Shown piece after piece: positions 29,340 through 39,977 of a DNA stretch of 64,000 nucleotides (its first letter is position 1; every line of letters begins with the position of its first letter). The position numbers and the translations under genes are program-made. Below the pieces are notes generated by a model. The model worked only from the letters and a program-made list of their open reading frames with translations. It had not been told where the DNA came from and did no database searches. Origin of the DNA: Nitrosopumilus sp. (GTDB lineage Archaea; Thermoproteota; Nitrososphaeria; Nitrososphaerales; Nitrosopumilaceae); NCBI GenBank assembly GCA_965224195.1, contig OZ245040.1:1728001-1792000 (forward strand), in the 5' to 3' direction.

Positions 29340-29393
29340 AGGTGCAAATCTTGGATAAACATAAATGATGAAATTTCAATTCAAAAAATAGTT

Positions 29394-30392
29394 TTGAAGT
29401 ACAATAAACTAGGCAAAACAGATATTGAAATATCAGAAATTGGATTTGGAGCATGGGCAATTGCTCTTGATTGGTGGGGGAAAAAAATTGAAGAGGATGA
29501 AGCAAAAAGAATGCTCAAAAAAGCATACGATGTAGGGATTAATTTCTTTGAAACAGGCGACTTGTACGGTAAAGGATTAAGTGAAAAATTAATTGGTGAA
29601 GTCTTCAAAGATATGAGAGACGAGATTGTTATTTCAACAAAATATGGATATGATTTTAGAGATGTTGAACAAATAGGACACAAAGAACTTCCACAAAAAT
29701 TTGATGAAAATTATACTAAAATGGCATTAAGGAACAGTTTAGAAAGATTACAAACAGATCATCTTGACATGTATGGAGTACATAATCCAAAGCTCAAAGA
29801 TGTAAGAGATGACTCAATATTCAATTTACTCGATAGTTTTATCAAAGATGGTTCAATCAAAACATATCAAATTGCTTTAGGCCCAGCAATTGGATGGACG
29901 CAAGAAGGTTTGGAAGCAATGGACAAACCAAATCTTAGTGCAGTTCAAACAGTCTACAATATTCTAGAACAAACACCAGGAAATGAATTGATGAGAAAAG
30001 CTGAAGAAAAAGATGTAGGAATACTAGTTAGAGTTCCAGAAGCATCAGGAATTTTAACTGGAAAAGTTAACGCAGACACAAAATTTGATGACAATGATCA
30101 TAGGTCAGTCAGGAAAAGAGAATGGCTCAAAGCATCACTAGAAAAAGTTGAACAATTCAAACCAATTGCAGACAGAAACGGTTTAAACATTACAGAATTT
30201 GCAATGAAATTTATAATGACAAAGAAAGGATTTGCAACAGTACTTCCAACAATGATCAGCGAAGAAGAGGTTGTAAATTATGCTCAAATGTCAGATGGAA
30301 AATATATTTCAGATTCAGACATGAAAGAAGTTGAAGAGTTGTACAATTCTTGGCCTTCATACGAATTAAAAGCAACACCCCAAACAAGTTAA
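29394..30392 (+). CDS. Aldo/keto reductase
   Basis: LGKTDIEISEIGFG, SLERLQTDHLD; start placed at TTG 29394. Confidence 0.93.
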   Translation: MKYNKLGKTDIEISEIGFGAWAIALDWWGKKIEEDEAKRMLKKAYDVGINFFETGDLYGKGLSEKLIGEVFKDMRDEIVISTKYGYDFRDVEQIGHKELPQKFDENYTKMALRNSLERLQTDHLDMYGVHNPKLKDVRDDSIFNLLDSFIKDGSIKTYQIALGPAIGWTQEGLEAMDKPNLSAVQTVYNILEQTPGNELMRKAEEKDVGILVRVPEASGILTGKVNADTKFDDNDHRSVRKREWLKASLEKVEQFKPIADRNGLNITEFAMKFIMTKKGFATVLPTMISEEEVVNYAQMSDGKYISDSDMKEVEELYNSWPSYELKATPQTS

Positions 30393-30399
30393 TTTGTAA

Positions 30400-30738
30400 A
30401 TGGATAATCCAATAGACGTAGAAAAAACGTTAGAAATTATTGAAAGAATGAAACTGGCTAAAATTGGTAAATATAAAAAATGGGAGTCCATGATTAAAAA
30501 AATCAAAAAAGACCAGGAACTAAACCCTGAAGAATTAGAATATTATTCAAACATAACGAGAATTTACAAAAATTCAAACATTACTCCTAGAAGTAAGGTC
30601 TACCACACTAAATTATCAGAACTAGATGAAAAACCACCATGTAAAAAATGTGGGGGTGATTCCACATACTATTGTAACATGAATGATCAATACTTTTGTA
30701 CAATACATGTCGTCGGACATGATGAAAATGAGATTTAA
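30400..30738 (+). CDS. Hypothetical protein with C-terminal Zn finger
   Basis: CKKC..YYC..YFC.IH..H. Confidence 0.75.
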   Translation: MDNPIDVEKTLEIIERMKLAKIGKYKKWESMIKKIKKDQELNPEELEYYSNITRIYKNSNITPRSKVYHTKLSELDEKPPCKKCGGDSTYYCNMNDQYFCTIHVVGHDENEI

Positions 30739-31751
30739 GATGCTGAAAGTGTTTCTTCTAAACTAAATGAATTTTCTACAAAATATTCAACACGTGTTTT
30801 TTTGAATTCACGAGAGCTGAAAAGAATATTGTATTCATCTACATTAATTTGATCTTGGATTGTTTTTGCTACATCATGTGCCTCATCTTGAGTTTTACAA
30901 TGAATCATTGAGAAAACGTTGTAAGGCCAATCAGCATATGTAGGTCGCTCATAGCAATGACTTACCTGTGGAAATGAGCCTAATGTTTCTCCAACTTGTT
31001 TAATTCGATCTTCAGGAACTTTCCATACAATCATACCATTTGCAGTAAATCCCACTTGTCGATGTCTCAAGATTGCAGCAAATCTTCGCATGACACCAAT
31101 ATCTTCATAATGTTTCATTTTTTTAAATAATTCATCTTCAGATATTCCAAGATTTTTTGCTGCAAGGATAAAAGGTTCATCAATAATATCCATATCTTTT
31201 TGTAATTCACGAATAAAGTCTTTATCTTCTTCAGTTGGAATAAACTCAATATTTTTAATTTCTTTTTTCTCTTCGCTAGGTGCAATATCATGTTTCTTAT
31301 CATCTACCATGTCAAGTTTAACACCAATTTTGAATAATTGTAAAGTTGGAAGCATTCTAACTTTTTTAATTCCTTTTAGAACATTGAATTTTTCAAGTTC
31401 TACTTTTAAATCAGCACCTGGAGGAACAGCTAAAGTAAACCAAAGATTGAATTGATGATCTCTTTCATAGTTATGACTCACACCAGGATGAAGGTTAATT
31501 TTGCTTGCAACATAATCTAATTTATCAGATTCAATTTCCATAGCTACTAGAGAACTAGTGTATCCTAGTTTTCGCGTATCAAAAATTGCACTAAGTTGCC
31601 TTAGAACACCTATTTCTTTTAATTCATTTAGACGAGATTTAATATCTTCAGTAGTAGTATTGAATTTTTTAGCAATTGCATCAAAAGGTCTCGTTACTAG
31701 AGGAAAAGTCCATTGAATTTCATTTAAAAGTTCTTTATCAGATTCGTCCAT
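30735..31751 (-). CDS. ahbAB: Siroheme decarboxylase, fused AhbA-AhbB (Lrp-like)
   Basis: VSHNYER..FNLWFT and VSHCYER..WPYNVFSMIH. Confidence 0.9.
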   Translation of the reverse strand: MDESDKELLNEIQWTFPLVTRPFDAIAKKFNTTTEDIKSRLNELKEIGVLRQLSAIFDTRKLGYTSSLVAMEIESDKLDYVASKINLHPGVSHNYERDHQFNLWFTLAVPPGADLKVELEKFNVLKGIKKVRMLPTLQLFKIGVKLDMVDDKKHDIAPSEEKKEIKNIEFIPTEEDKDFIRELQKDMDIIDEPFILAAKNLGISEDELFKKMKHYEDIGVMRRFAAILRHRQVGFTANGMIVWKVPEDRIKQVGETLGSFPQVSHCYERPTYADWPYNVFSMIHCKTQDEAHDVAKTIQDQINVDEYNILFSSREFKKTRVEYFVENSFSLEETLSAS

Positions 31752-31854
31752 AGAAGGCAATAAGTCAGTAACTTAGTTATTCAATTAAAAATGTAGCTTG
31801 GATTTTAGGCTCTAAATTTTAATACATAAATAGAAACTGGAGTCCATTTGATCG

Positions 31855-32508
31855 ATGATAGTTGATCTAAATCTCCAAAGTAAAAAAATCATCATTGTAG
31901 GAGGAGGAAGTGAAGCACAAAAAAGAATTAATTCATTACTCAAACAAGAATGTGACATTATCATAATTACAGATTCTGTAAATTCGCAGATAAACAAACT
32001 AGCCAAAACTAAAAAAATCAAAATCATAAGACAAAAAGTTACAGATACGAAATTCATTTCAAAATTAAACCCCAATTTGATCATAACAACCACAAATGAT
32101 AGAAAAATAAATCAGAAAATTATCAACGCTGCAAAAAAGAAAGGTATCATAGTATACAGTTCAGATAATCCTGAAGACAGTGACTTTTCTAATCCTGCAA
32201 TCATTGATTTTAAAAATATGATACAGATTGCAATTTTTACGGGAGGAAGAAGTCCAGTAATGTCAAAGAAGATTAAAGAAAAATCAGAAAGAGTACTCAA
32301 AAAAATAATTACAAAAGAAGATATTTCACAGATTAAAATTCAAAAAATAGCAAGGAAATTAGCTAAGGAGATTATTGTTACTCAAGAGCAAAGAAAAGAA
32401 TGTCTACGTAGTATCATGAGTGATAGTGAGATTGATCAGTTAATAAAAGACGGTCAGGTCAAAAAAGCTGAAAAGCGAGCTATCACAATATTGAAGAATT
32501 GGAAATGA
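31855..32508 (+). CDS. Precorrin-2 dehydrogenase / sirohydrochlorin ferrochelatase
   Basis: IVGGG.EA, DNPEDSDF, TGGRSP. Confidence 0.9.
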   Translation: MIVDLNLQSKKIIIVGGGSEAQKRINSLLKQECDIIIITDSVNSQINKLAKTKKIKIIRQKVTDTKFISKLNPNLIITTTNDRKINQKIINAAKKKGIIVYSSDNPEDSDFSNPAIIDFKNMIQIAIFTGGRSPVMSKKIKEKSERVLKKIITKEDISQIKIQKIARKLAKEIIVTQEQRKECLRSIMSDSEIDQLIKDGQVKKAEKRAITILKNWK

Positions 32509-33770
32509 ATCAAAATATCATCAATGCACGTGTTACTTTTCGTAACTCTCCAATTCACATTCTAGAACAATTTACAATAAAGGACATGAAAAATGCCTAT
32601 GAACAATTCAAAAAAGATTCAGGATTGGACGAATGTGTGATTATTCAAACATGTAACAGAATAGAACTATTTGGTAAATCTAAAACATATGATTCAGAAA
32701 AGATCAAGAAAACTTGGGCAACAATTACTGGACTTGAAGAAGAGGCATTTAATGATAATATAGAATTTGTAGAAAACCATGATGCATTACATCATTTATT
32801 GAAACTAACATCAGGGTTGGATTCCATGGTATTAGGAGAAGAGCAGATTTTAGGACAAATAAAAAATTCCATTACCTCGGCTAGAGAAGTAAAAGCATCA
32901 GGGCAGCATCTAAACACTTTGTTTGATAAAGCAATTCGAATAGGAACTAGAATTAGAAATTCAAGTGGAATTGGTGCTGGAGGTATTTCAGTGGGTTCCA
33001 TGGCAGTGAAACTAGCTGAAGAAAACATTGATGAATTAAAAACAAAAAAAGTATTACTCATTGGAACTGGAGAAGTGTCAACGCTGGTTGCAAAATCATT
33101 ACAAAGACGCGGGTATGCATTTGATGTCACTAGTAGAACAATTGGAAGATCAGAAACATTTTGTGAAACAATGGGAGGCAGCCCAATAAAATTTGAAAAT
33201 GTGCTTTCAGGATTTGATAACTATGATGTAATTTTTGTGGCAACAACTGCGCCATATTTTCTAGTTACAAACGAAAAAATTACTGAAGCCATGAAAAATA
33301 AAAGTAAAGGGATGATGATTTTAGATTTATCAAACCCTAGAACTGTAGATGAAAAAGTTGCAACTATCGGCGGTGTAAAACTTATGAATTTAGATCAAAT
33401 TGCAGAAATGGTAGAAAAGAACATGAATGCTAGACTAAACAAGATAAAAACCGTTGAAAATATAATTAATGAGGAAGTCTCTGTATTAGAAGCCTCAATG
33501 AAAAGATTAGATGCAGAACCACTTGTAACAGACGTATTCAAGAATATTGAAAATCTTAGAGAAAAAGAATTACAAAAAGCACTACAAATGCTTAATGAAA
33601 AAGATGAGAAAAAAATCAAGATTATCGAGGAATTAACAAAAGCAGTAGTAGAAAGCATTGTATCGACTCCAATGAATAACATCAGAAAAGCATCAGAGCA
33701 AGGTAATCCAGATGTGGTAGAATTGGCAAGTAAGCTGTTTGACTATAAAAAACAGAATCAAGTAGACTAG
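32505..33770 (+). CDS. hemA: Glutamyl-tRNA reductase
   Basis: TCNRIE, GLDSMVLGEEQILGQ, DLSNPR. Confidence 0.97.
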   Translation: MNQNIINARVTFRNSPIHILEQFTIKDMKNAYEQFKKDSGLDECVIIQTCNRIELFGKSKTYDSEKIKKTWATITGLEEEAFNDNIEFVENHDALHHLLKLTSGLDSMVLGEEQILGQIKNSITSAREVKASGQHLNTLFDKAIRIGTRIRNSSGIGAGGISVGSMAVKLAEENIDELKTKKVLLIGTGEVSTLVAKSLQRRGYAFDVTSRTIGRSETFCETMGGSPIKFENVLSGFDNYDVIFVATTAPYFLVTNEKITEAMKNKSKGMMILDLSNPRTVDEKVATIGGVKLMNLDQIAEMVEKNMNARLNKIKTVENIINEEVSVLEASMKRLDAEPLVTDVFKNIENLREKELQKALQMLNEKDEKKIKIIEELTKAVVESIVSTPMNNIRKASEQGNPDVVELASKLFDYKKQNQVD

Positions 33771-33800
33771 GATTATATTTTACCTAAAGAGAATTCCATT

Positions 33801-34781
33801 ATGTCATTTCCAACTAGACGTCTACGTCGACTGAGAACATCAGAGAAGATGAGAGAACTAGTTCAAGAAACAACCCTATCTCCAAAAGATTTCATTTGTC
33901 CAGTATTTGTTCAAGAAGGTTTGGATGAAAAGATCAAAGTTGAATCAATGTCAGAAATTGAAAGATTACCATTAAAGGATGTTAATGAAGAAGTTGCAAC
34001 AATAATAGAATTAGGGATTCCCGCAATCATGCTATTTGGAATTCCATCTCAAAAAGATGAAGCAGGAAGTTCAGCATTTGATGATAATGGGATAGTTCAA
34101 AAAGCAATTTCTCAAATTAGAGAAAAATTTGGAGATAAAATAGTAATCATGGCAGATGTTTGCTTATGTCAATTTACATCTACAGGTCACTGCGGGATTA
34201 TTCAAGGAGATAAAATTGATAATGATTCTAGTTTAGAAACTCTTGCAAAAATTGCAATTAGTCAAGCTAAAGCAGGTGTGGATACAGTATCACCATCTGC
34301 AATGATGGATGGTCAAGTCGCTGCAATTAGAAAGGCACTTGATAAAGAAGGATTTACAGATGTTTCAATAATGTCACATTCTGCAAAACACCGTTCAAAC
34401 TTTTATTCTCCATTCAGAGATGCAGCAGAATGTGCTCCAAAATTTGGAGACAGAAAAACGTACCAAGTTCCATATACAAATGCTAGAGAAGCAATGATGG
34501 AAGTAGAAACAGACATTGAAGAAGGAGTAGACATTGTTATGATTAAACCGGCTTTAGCATATTTAGATTTAATTTCAGAAACTAGAAGAAAATACAATGT
34601 TCCAGTTTCAGCATACAGTGTTTCTGGAGAATATGCATTGGTAAAAGCAGCTTCACAGTTAGGATATGTAAATGAGAAAGACATTACACTAGAAATTCTA
34701 CATTCTATTAAAAGAGCAGGAGCAGACATGATAGTAACATATTTTGCAAAATCAGCTTCTAGATTCCTTCAAGAGTCATGA
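33801..34781 (+). CDS. hemB: Porphobilinogen synthase
   Basis: DVCLCQFT..GHCG, SAMMDG, MIKP, VSGEY. Confidence 0.97.
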   Translation: MSFPTRRLRRLRTSEKMRELVQETTLSPKDFICPVFVQEGLDEKIKVESMSEIERLPLKDVNEEVATIIELGIPAIMLFGIPSQKDEAGSSAFDDNGIVQKAISQIREKFGDKIVIMADVCLCQFTSTGHCGIIQGDKIDNDSSLETLAKIAISQAKAGVDTVSPSAMMDGQVAAIRKALDKEGFTDVSIMSHSAKHRSNFYSPFRDAAECAPKFGDRKTYQVPYTNAREAMMEVETDIEEGVDIVMIKPALAYLDLISETRRKYNVPVSAYSVSGEYALVKAASQLGYVNEKDITLEILHSIKRAGADMIVTYFAKSASRFLQES

Positions 34782-35089
34782 GAAACGACGAACGTTTTGA
34801 AATTCAAAGAGCATTTGACTTATTGCCACATGTAGTTGGTGCAAGCTGGGCTACTGTTTGGTTTAGAATGAAAGGAATTAAAAAACCAACAAGAGAGGAA
34901 TTTAGAGAGAAAACCTCAGAATATTTGCAACTAATTGAGCCTGTTTTTGATTCATATCCAAATAATGAAGAATTTACAGAGATTGTCAGGTATATCGAAT
35001 CTAGAAAAAATGAAGAATATATCAAAATAAAATTAGGTGAGAATAATGAGATTGAAACTCGATACGACAGATATGTCGATTATGGCTAA
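34778..35089 (+). CDS. Hypothetical protein
   Basis: 103 aa, ATGA-coupled to hemB. Confidence 0.75.
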   Translation: MRNDERFEIQRAFDLLPHVVGASWATVWFRMKGIKKPTREEFREKTSEYLQLIEPVFDSYPNNEEFTEIVRYIESRKNEEYIKIKLGENNEIETRYDRYVDYG

Positions 35090-35706
35090 AGTTCCTGTTT
35101 TAGTTGATTCAAAAATTCTTTGAGTATTTTAGTTCTCTTTTTGGCTTCCATCTTACCTGATTTTGTATTCATTAAAGATTCCAATTTGAATAATTTTTGA
35201 TAAAAATGATCCACAGTCCAAGTTGTATCATCAGGTTTTCTTGTTTTACAAAACGGATCATCAATATTGTAAAATGGTCGTTTTAGTGAACCCCCTGTAG
35301 CAAAAACTCTTGCAATTCCTATCGCACCTATTGCATCTAATCTATCAGCATCTTGAAGGATTTTTCCCACTATACTTTCAGGAGTTTTATTTTGAGAAAA
35401 GCTGTGATCACGTATTGCATTTGAGATAATTAGAATTTCATCATTTGAAAAATCATATTGTTTAAGAATTATTTTTGATTTTTTTGCACTTTCTGTTGAA
35501 GACATTTTTGAACGCTTGTCAGATTTTGGATAAGAAACTATATCATGTAACAATGAAGCACAAAGAACCAATTTTTCATTAGCTTTTTCTTTTTTACATA
35601 TTTTTTGAGCATTTTTGTATACCCTCATCACATGATCAAAATCATGTGCAGAATCATTATCCATGATTTTTTTAACTTCATTTTTAATAGAATTAATAGC
35701 GTTCAT
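35086..35706 (-). CDS. HD-domain phosphohydrolase
   Basis: AHDFDH, LLHD, QDADRLDAIG. Confidence 0.92.
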   Translation of the reverse strand: MNAINSIKNEVKKIMDNDSAHDFDHVMRVYKNAQKICKKEKANEKLVLCASLLHDIVSYPKSDKRSKMSSTESAKKSKIILKQYDFSNDEILIISNAIRDHSFSQNKTPESIVGKILQDADRLDAIGAIGIARVFATGGSLKRPFYNIDDPFCKTRKPDDTTWTVDHFYQKLFKLESLMNTKSGKMEAKKRTKILKEFLNQLKQEL

Positions 35707-36323
35707 TAAATTCTCCATATTTTTGGTTTGACAAATTTAATTTTTCCTTTGGTAATTAAAAGAGTCCAATTTATAGATGCAAATAGAATAATTAATCCAA
35801 TACCAGCACCATCAATTAATAAAATAGCAGTTAATTTATCTTCAAATAATTCCAAGAATGGAGTTAAAACGGCATTTCCAAAATAAATCATAACAATATA
35901 GGAAATAACTCTACCAAACCAAAATCCAACATAAATTCCCATACTTTTTGCACGCATTAATCCATAAGCAATGAACAACATGTTACTAGGAAGAGGAGTT
36001 GCACCAAACAGAAAAGATGCAATAGCATAACCATATTTTTTATTATTCAAATAATTTCCAATCACATCTAGATTAGATTTTTGTTCGTCTGCAACAAATC
36101 TTCTAAAAACCACACTAATCCGTTTAAGAGCAAACCTACCAATGGTAGCTCCTGTAGCTCCAACCATGGCAAGAATAACTACATTCAATGTTGGATCAAG
36201 AAGATAAAATGATGTTAGAATAATCCAGCTCGGAGGCATTAAGATTGGAGCTGCATTTACTCCAATTAGTACAAGAAAAATTCCAAAATATGAAAATTCT
36301 CCAAAAATTTCTAAAATATCCAT
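35706..36323 (-). CDS. DedA/VTT-like membrane protein
   Basis: Multiple TM, GATGATIG, TPLPS. Confidence 0.8.
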   Translation of the reverse strand: MDILEIFGEFSYFGIFLVLIGVNAAPILMPPSWIILTSFYLLDPTLNVVILAMVGATGATIGRFALKRISVVFRRFVADEQKSNLDVIGNYLNNKKYGYAIASFLFGATPLPSNMLFIAYGLMRAKSMGIYVGFWFGRVISYIVMIYFGNAVLTPFLELFEDKLTAILLIDGAGIGLIILFASINWTLLITKGKIKFVKPKIWRI

Positions 36324-36510
36324 GATCTTTCAAAAAATATAGTATTTTTTTTATTTCTAAACCCTTGGATTCACATTCAGTTATAAGAAAATTTCATTAT
36401 GATCTAAAAAATTATAAAAATTACAAGTTTTTTAAGACAATGATCATGTATTGTAAAAAATTGGATCAATGATGCAATATCTTTATAAGCAATTTATGCC
36501 TACTTTGCGT

Positions 36511-36633
36511 ATGTCAGAGATGGTTTGGAAGTGTTTTAGATGCAATCTCTCTTTCAAAGATGACCAAATAGCAAAAATGCATAAAGAAATTTCAGCACAT
36601 TCAGTCACTAAAGTAAAGAGTATTGTCGCATAA
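36511..36633 (+). CDS. 40-aa C2H2-type Zn-finger microprotein
   Basis: MSEMVWKCFRCNLSFKDDQIAKMHKEISAH; tttata ~28 nt upstream. Confidence 0.75.
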   Translation: MSEMVWKCFRCNLSFKDDQIAKMHKEISAHSVTKVKSIVA

Positions 36634-36676
36634 TTGCATATTTTTACAAAATATATCAATTTTAATTAAAATTTAG

Positions 36677-36777
36677 TGCAGAGGGTGGGATTCGAACCCA
36701 CGAACTCCTAAGAGAAGGGATTTCCTATTTTGAGGATCTTGAGTCCCTCTCGGTTGACCGGGCTTCGATACCTCTGC
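36677..36777 (-). tRNA. tRNA-Leu(CAA) with 16-nt intron (36722-36737)
   Basis: gcagagg acceptor, ct-CAA-g, long variable arm, gggttcgaatccc. Confidence 0.93.
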
Positions 36778-36896
36778 AATGAGATTGTGTATTGACCAAT
36801 ATTTCTCGATTGCTATTTGGATAAATTAAAAATTTGATCTATAATTTAGACGATTTTTTAACAAAGCTTATAATCGTGCGCAAATGACTCAAAATT

Positions 36897-37214
36897 ATGT
36901 CAGAATTCATACCAATTTCCGACGCAAAGAAAATGCGAAGTGGAGTTAATGTGGAAGCAGAAGTTGTAAGCAAAGGAGACCCTAGAACTGTTAATCTCAA
37001 AAGTGGAGGAACAGTTGATGTCTGCGATGCAGAAATTGCTAACGAAGATAAATCTGAAGAAAACAAAATGAAACTCACATTGTGGGGTGACGATATCAAA
37101 GCAGTAAATGTTGGAGATAAAGTTGTCATTTCAAATGGATATACTAACGAGTTCAAAGGTGAAGTATCCTTAACCAAAGGCAAATTTGGTAAGATGGATA
37201 TCAATCCTCAATAA
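36897..37214 (+). CDS. ssb: Single-stranded DNA-binding protein (single OB fold)
   Basis: KLTLWG, GDKVVISNGY..F.G. Confidence 0.88.
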   Translation: MSEFIPISDAKKMRSGVNVEAEVVSKGDPRTVNLKSGGTVDVCDAEIANEDKSEENKMKLTLWGDDIKAVNVGDKVVISNGYTNEFKGEVSLTKGKFGKMDINPQ

Positions 37215-37813
37215 TTTCTTTTATTATCTAAATTATTTTTCAAATCTACTAAAATTATAATTGTGCCAATTATTGAAATTATAATTCCCAAAATAAGTAA
37301 GAGCCCGGAAATCAGAAGAGGGAGCACCATATTCATGAGTGGAGAGTTTGGATTTGATAAAGCATCAGAGTTTTCTGGATCTTCTGAAAACATTACAATG
37401 ACATGTACTGGATTTTGACCAATGTTTTTAATTTCAAAATTTAATGTGTCAGATTCAACAGCTTCGATTATTTCAAACAAGCCGGGTTCTGACTGAACAT
37501 ATTCACCGTAACCATCTCCAAAAATATTTGAGATTGTTATAGACAGCATATCACCAGTTTCATATTCAGTCAATTGAACTCCCCAAAGCAAAGGAGAGTT
37601 GTAGGATGATATATCATATGAAACATATACAGACTCACCAGGCACAATTTGTAATTCATCAGTAACCTGATCAAACATTCCATCAAACATAGTAATCATA
37701 GAAATATCATTTGGTCCAGTTACATTAGAAGGGATTGCAGAAGATGCAACAGTGAGTGAAACTCCTACCAAAACTAAACCAACAACTGTAATTATCAAAC
37801 CACGTTTATTCAT
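37208..37813 (-). CDS. Membrane protein, hypothetical
   Basis: N- and C-terminal TM segments. Confidence 0.75.
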   Translation of the reverse strand: MNKRGLIITVVGLVLVGVSLTVASSAIPSNVTGPNDISMITMFDGMFDQVTDELQIVPGESVYVSYDISSYNSPLLWGVQLTEYETGDMLSITISNIFGDGYGEYVQSEPGLFEIIEAVESDTLNFEIKNIGQNPVHVIVMFSEDPENSDALSNPNSPLMNMVLPLLISGLLLILGIIISIIGTIIILVDLKNNLDNKRNY

Positions 37814-37864
37814 TTTAAAAATAATAAAACAATCCCACTATATGTTATAGAAACAATCTAAAGA

Positions 37865-38746
37865 CTAACGTCTAGATTTCTTTTTAGCAGCAGTCTTTTT
37901 CTTTGCTGGTCTCTTTTTAGCAGCAGTCTTTTTCTTTGCTGGTCTCTTTTTAGCAGCAGTCTTTTTCTTTGCTGGTCTCTTTTTAGCAGCAGTCTTTTTC
38001 TTTGCTGGTCTCTTTTTAGCAGCAGTCTTTTTCTTTGCTGGTCTCTTTTTAGCAGCAGTCTTTTTCTTTGCTGGTCTCTTTTTAGCAGCAGTCTTTTTCT
38101 TTGCCATCAATTCTTTTAATTTTGAATATGCATTGTCCAAGGATTTTTGGGCAGATGCTTCAGATTTAGTTCTTCTTTCTAATTCTTTAAGGAATTTTTG
38201 TGCTCCCTTGTGACTTGAAACTTTAGTTTCACGTAAAGATGGTTTTGATTTAGTTTGTTTTTGAATTTTTGAAACAATTTTTGATTTAATATCAGAGAAA
38301 TCTATAACGTCTCCTGAAATTTTCTTTGCAGTCTTTTGTCTACTTTTAATTTCTTCAACTAATTCACCCACATGATCATTTAATGAGCGTAATCTAGCCT
38401 CGGCATTTTGTTTTTCTAGAGGACTATCAGCGAATTCAATTTCTTGTTCGGCCTGCTCAATTGCCTCTTTTTCTTTAGAGAGACGATCTTCTGCTGTTGC
38501 TATCAATCTTCCAATACTTTCCAATTGAGCATTTTTTCTTAGAAGAACTGTTGAAACATCACCAGATTCTTCACGTTCAAATTCAATTTTTTTATCAATT
38601 GTATGTAAACCAGATGCAGAGCGTTTTTCTGCTGTACGAAATTCTTTAACTTGATTTTCAGCTTTTTGACGAAGTTTTGATGCTTCTTGTTTCTTTTGTC
38701 GTAATTGAATTACTAGTTTTTCTAATGAAGCCAATGAATCAATCAT
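37865..38746 (-). CDS. Coiled-coil protein with histone-H1-like Lys/Ala tail
   Basis: Long heptad region followed by (KKTAAKKRPAK)n. Confidence 0.8.
   Translation of the reverse strand: MIDSLASLEKLVIQLRQKKQEASKLRQKAENQVKEFRTAEKRSASGLHTIDKKIEFEREESGDVSTVLLRKNAQLESIGRLIATAEDRLSKEKEAIEQAEQEIEFADSPLEKQNAEARLRSLNDHVGELVEEIKSRQKTAKKISGDVIDFSDIKSKIVSKIQKQTKSKPSLRETKVSSHKGAQKFLKELERRTKSEASAQKSLDNAYSKLKELMAKKKTAAKKRPAKKKTAAKKRPAKKKTAAKKRPAKKKTAAKKRPAKKKTAAKKRPAKKKTAAKKRPAKKKTAAKKKSRR
37880..38104. repeat. Perfect 33-nt tandem repeat, ~6.8 copies
   Basis: ctttttagcagcagtctttttctttgctggtct. Confidence 0.95.
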
Positions 38747-38871
38747 GATAAAAGAGTCGGTTAAGTGGTGAATATGACCATGATTTGACTTTCATGTAAA
38801 GAAAATTAACATCATTTGATCGCAAAAATAGATTTTTTAAAAAATATTAGTCAAAAGGAAATAGCAACAAC

Positions 38872-39183
38872 ATGGAATTTCATCCAAAAGATTTGTCAAT
38901 ATCAAAAACATATGATCTAAAAACTGAAAAAGACGCAATTAGTGCAGTTGAAGACATGGTGAATCTAGGGTTTAAAGGAAAAAAAGAAGGATACAAGGTC
39001 TTAATGCCAAAAGAATCAAAACTTGCAAAAAGAATAGGGTATACAGTTACCACTGGAATAACTACAGGATTAAGACAAAAGAAAGAAGACAGAGATATCA
39101 AATATTGGACGTATCATCATGATGATAAACATTATGCAATAGTTCTGATTCATAGAGATGTTTTAACAGAATTAGGTTTTTGA
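38872..39183 (+). CDS. Hypothetical protein
   Basis: 103-aa ORF. Confidence 0.7.
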   Translation: MEFHPKDLSISKTYDLKTEKDAISAVEDMVNLGFKGKKEGYKVLMPKESKLAKRIGYTVTTGITTGLRQKKEDRDIKYWTYHHDDKHYAIVLIHRDVLTELGF

Positions 39184-39855
39184 TTTATCAAAAATTTTGT
39201 AAAGTTTAGTTCTCTTGGCCATAACTCCAGCCAACATAACTCCAATTACAGTACCACCGATTACATCCATTGGAAAATGCTCCAAAACATAAAGTCTACT
39301 CAATGAAATCAAAATGGGATACAAGAACATCAGATATGCCCCACGAGGGAACCTTTCAGATAGAGCATATCCCAAAATAATTGCAAATATCATGGACCTG
39401 GCTGCATGGCCAGAAGGGTATGAGGCATCATAACCACCCTCACAAAATAAGGCAAAGGTATCTTTGCTTACAGGGACTGGGAATTGGACGGATTCATATT
39501 CAAAATCAGGCCTATCTCTATCCACACCACATTTTACATAACCAGTAAGTAATGTCGAAATTACAATTAAAATCATTAAAGTGACTCCAACTCTTCTAGT
39601 TCTTGGAATTATCAATATCAAAATTGCAAATCCCAACATCCACAAAGCCTCCCCACTTTCAGTGATAGATTGCATTATGAGATCAAGGGATGGATTTCCA
39701 ATATTTTCAGAAAAAAACAATATAATACTTTGATCAAAATTTTCAGTGATTCCAGAATAAACCAAGGCGGTAAGAATTAGAAATAAAATTGTAAGTAGAA
39801 CAAATGAACGAGACCTAATATCAAAAATCCAATTTTGCAATAAACGAAACCTCAA
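39172..39855 (-). CDS. PAP2-family phosphatase
   Basis: K..RDRP, YPSGH, SRLYVLEHFPMD. Confidence 0.92.
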   Translation of the reverse strand: MRFRLLQNWIFDIRSRSFVLLTILFLILTALVYSGITENFDQSIILFFSENIGNPSLDLIMQSITESGEALWMLGFAILILIIPRTRRVGVTLMILIVISTLLTGYVKCGVDRDRPDFEYESVQFPVPVSKDTFALFCEGGYDASYPSGHAARSMIFAIILGYALSERFPRGAYLMFLYPILISLSRLYVLEHFPMDVIGGTVIGVMLAGVMAKRTKLYKIFDKSKT

Positions 39856-39977
39856 ACACGTGTCTTTTAATTTTTGTCAATAGATAAGTTTTGAAATTTA
39901 ACAGTAATTCAGAAATAAAATAATGAAATACCTCAGATCGACTCAAAGAATTTAACCAAGGGGGCAATAGACAAGTT

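Noticed and set aside
37880-38104. 33-nt repeats as CRISPR
   Set aside because: No spacers; in-frame coding tandem repeat
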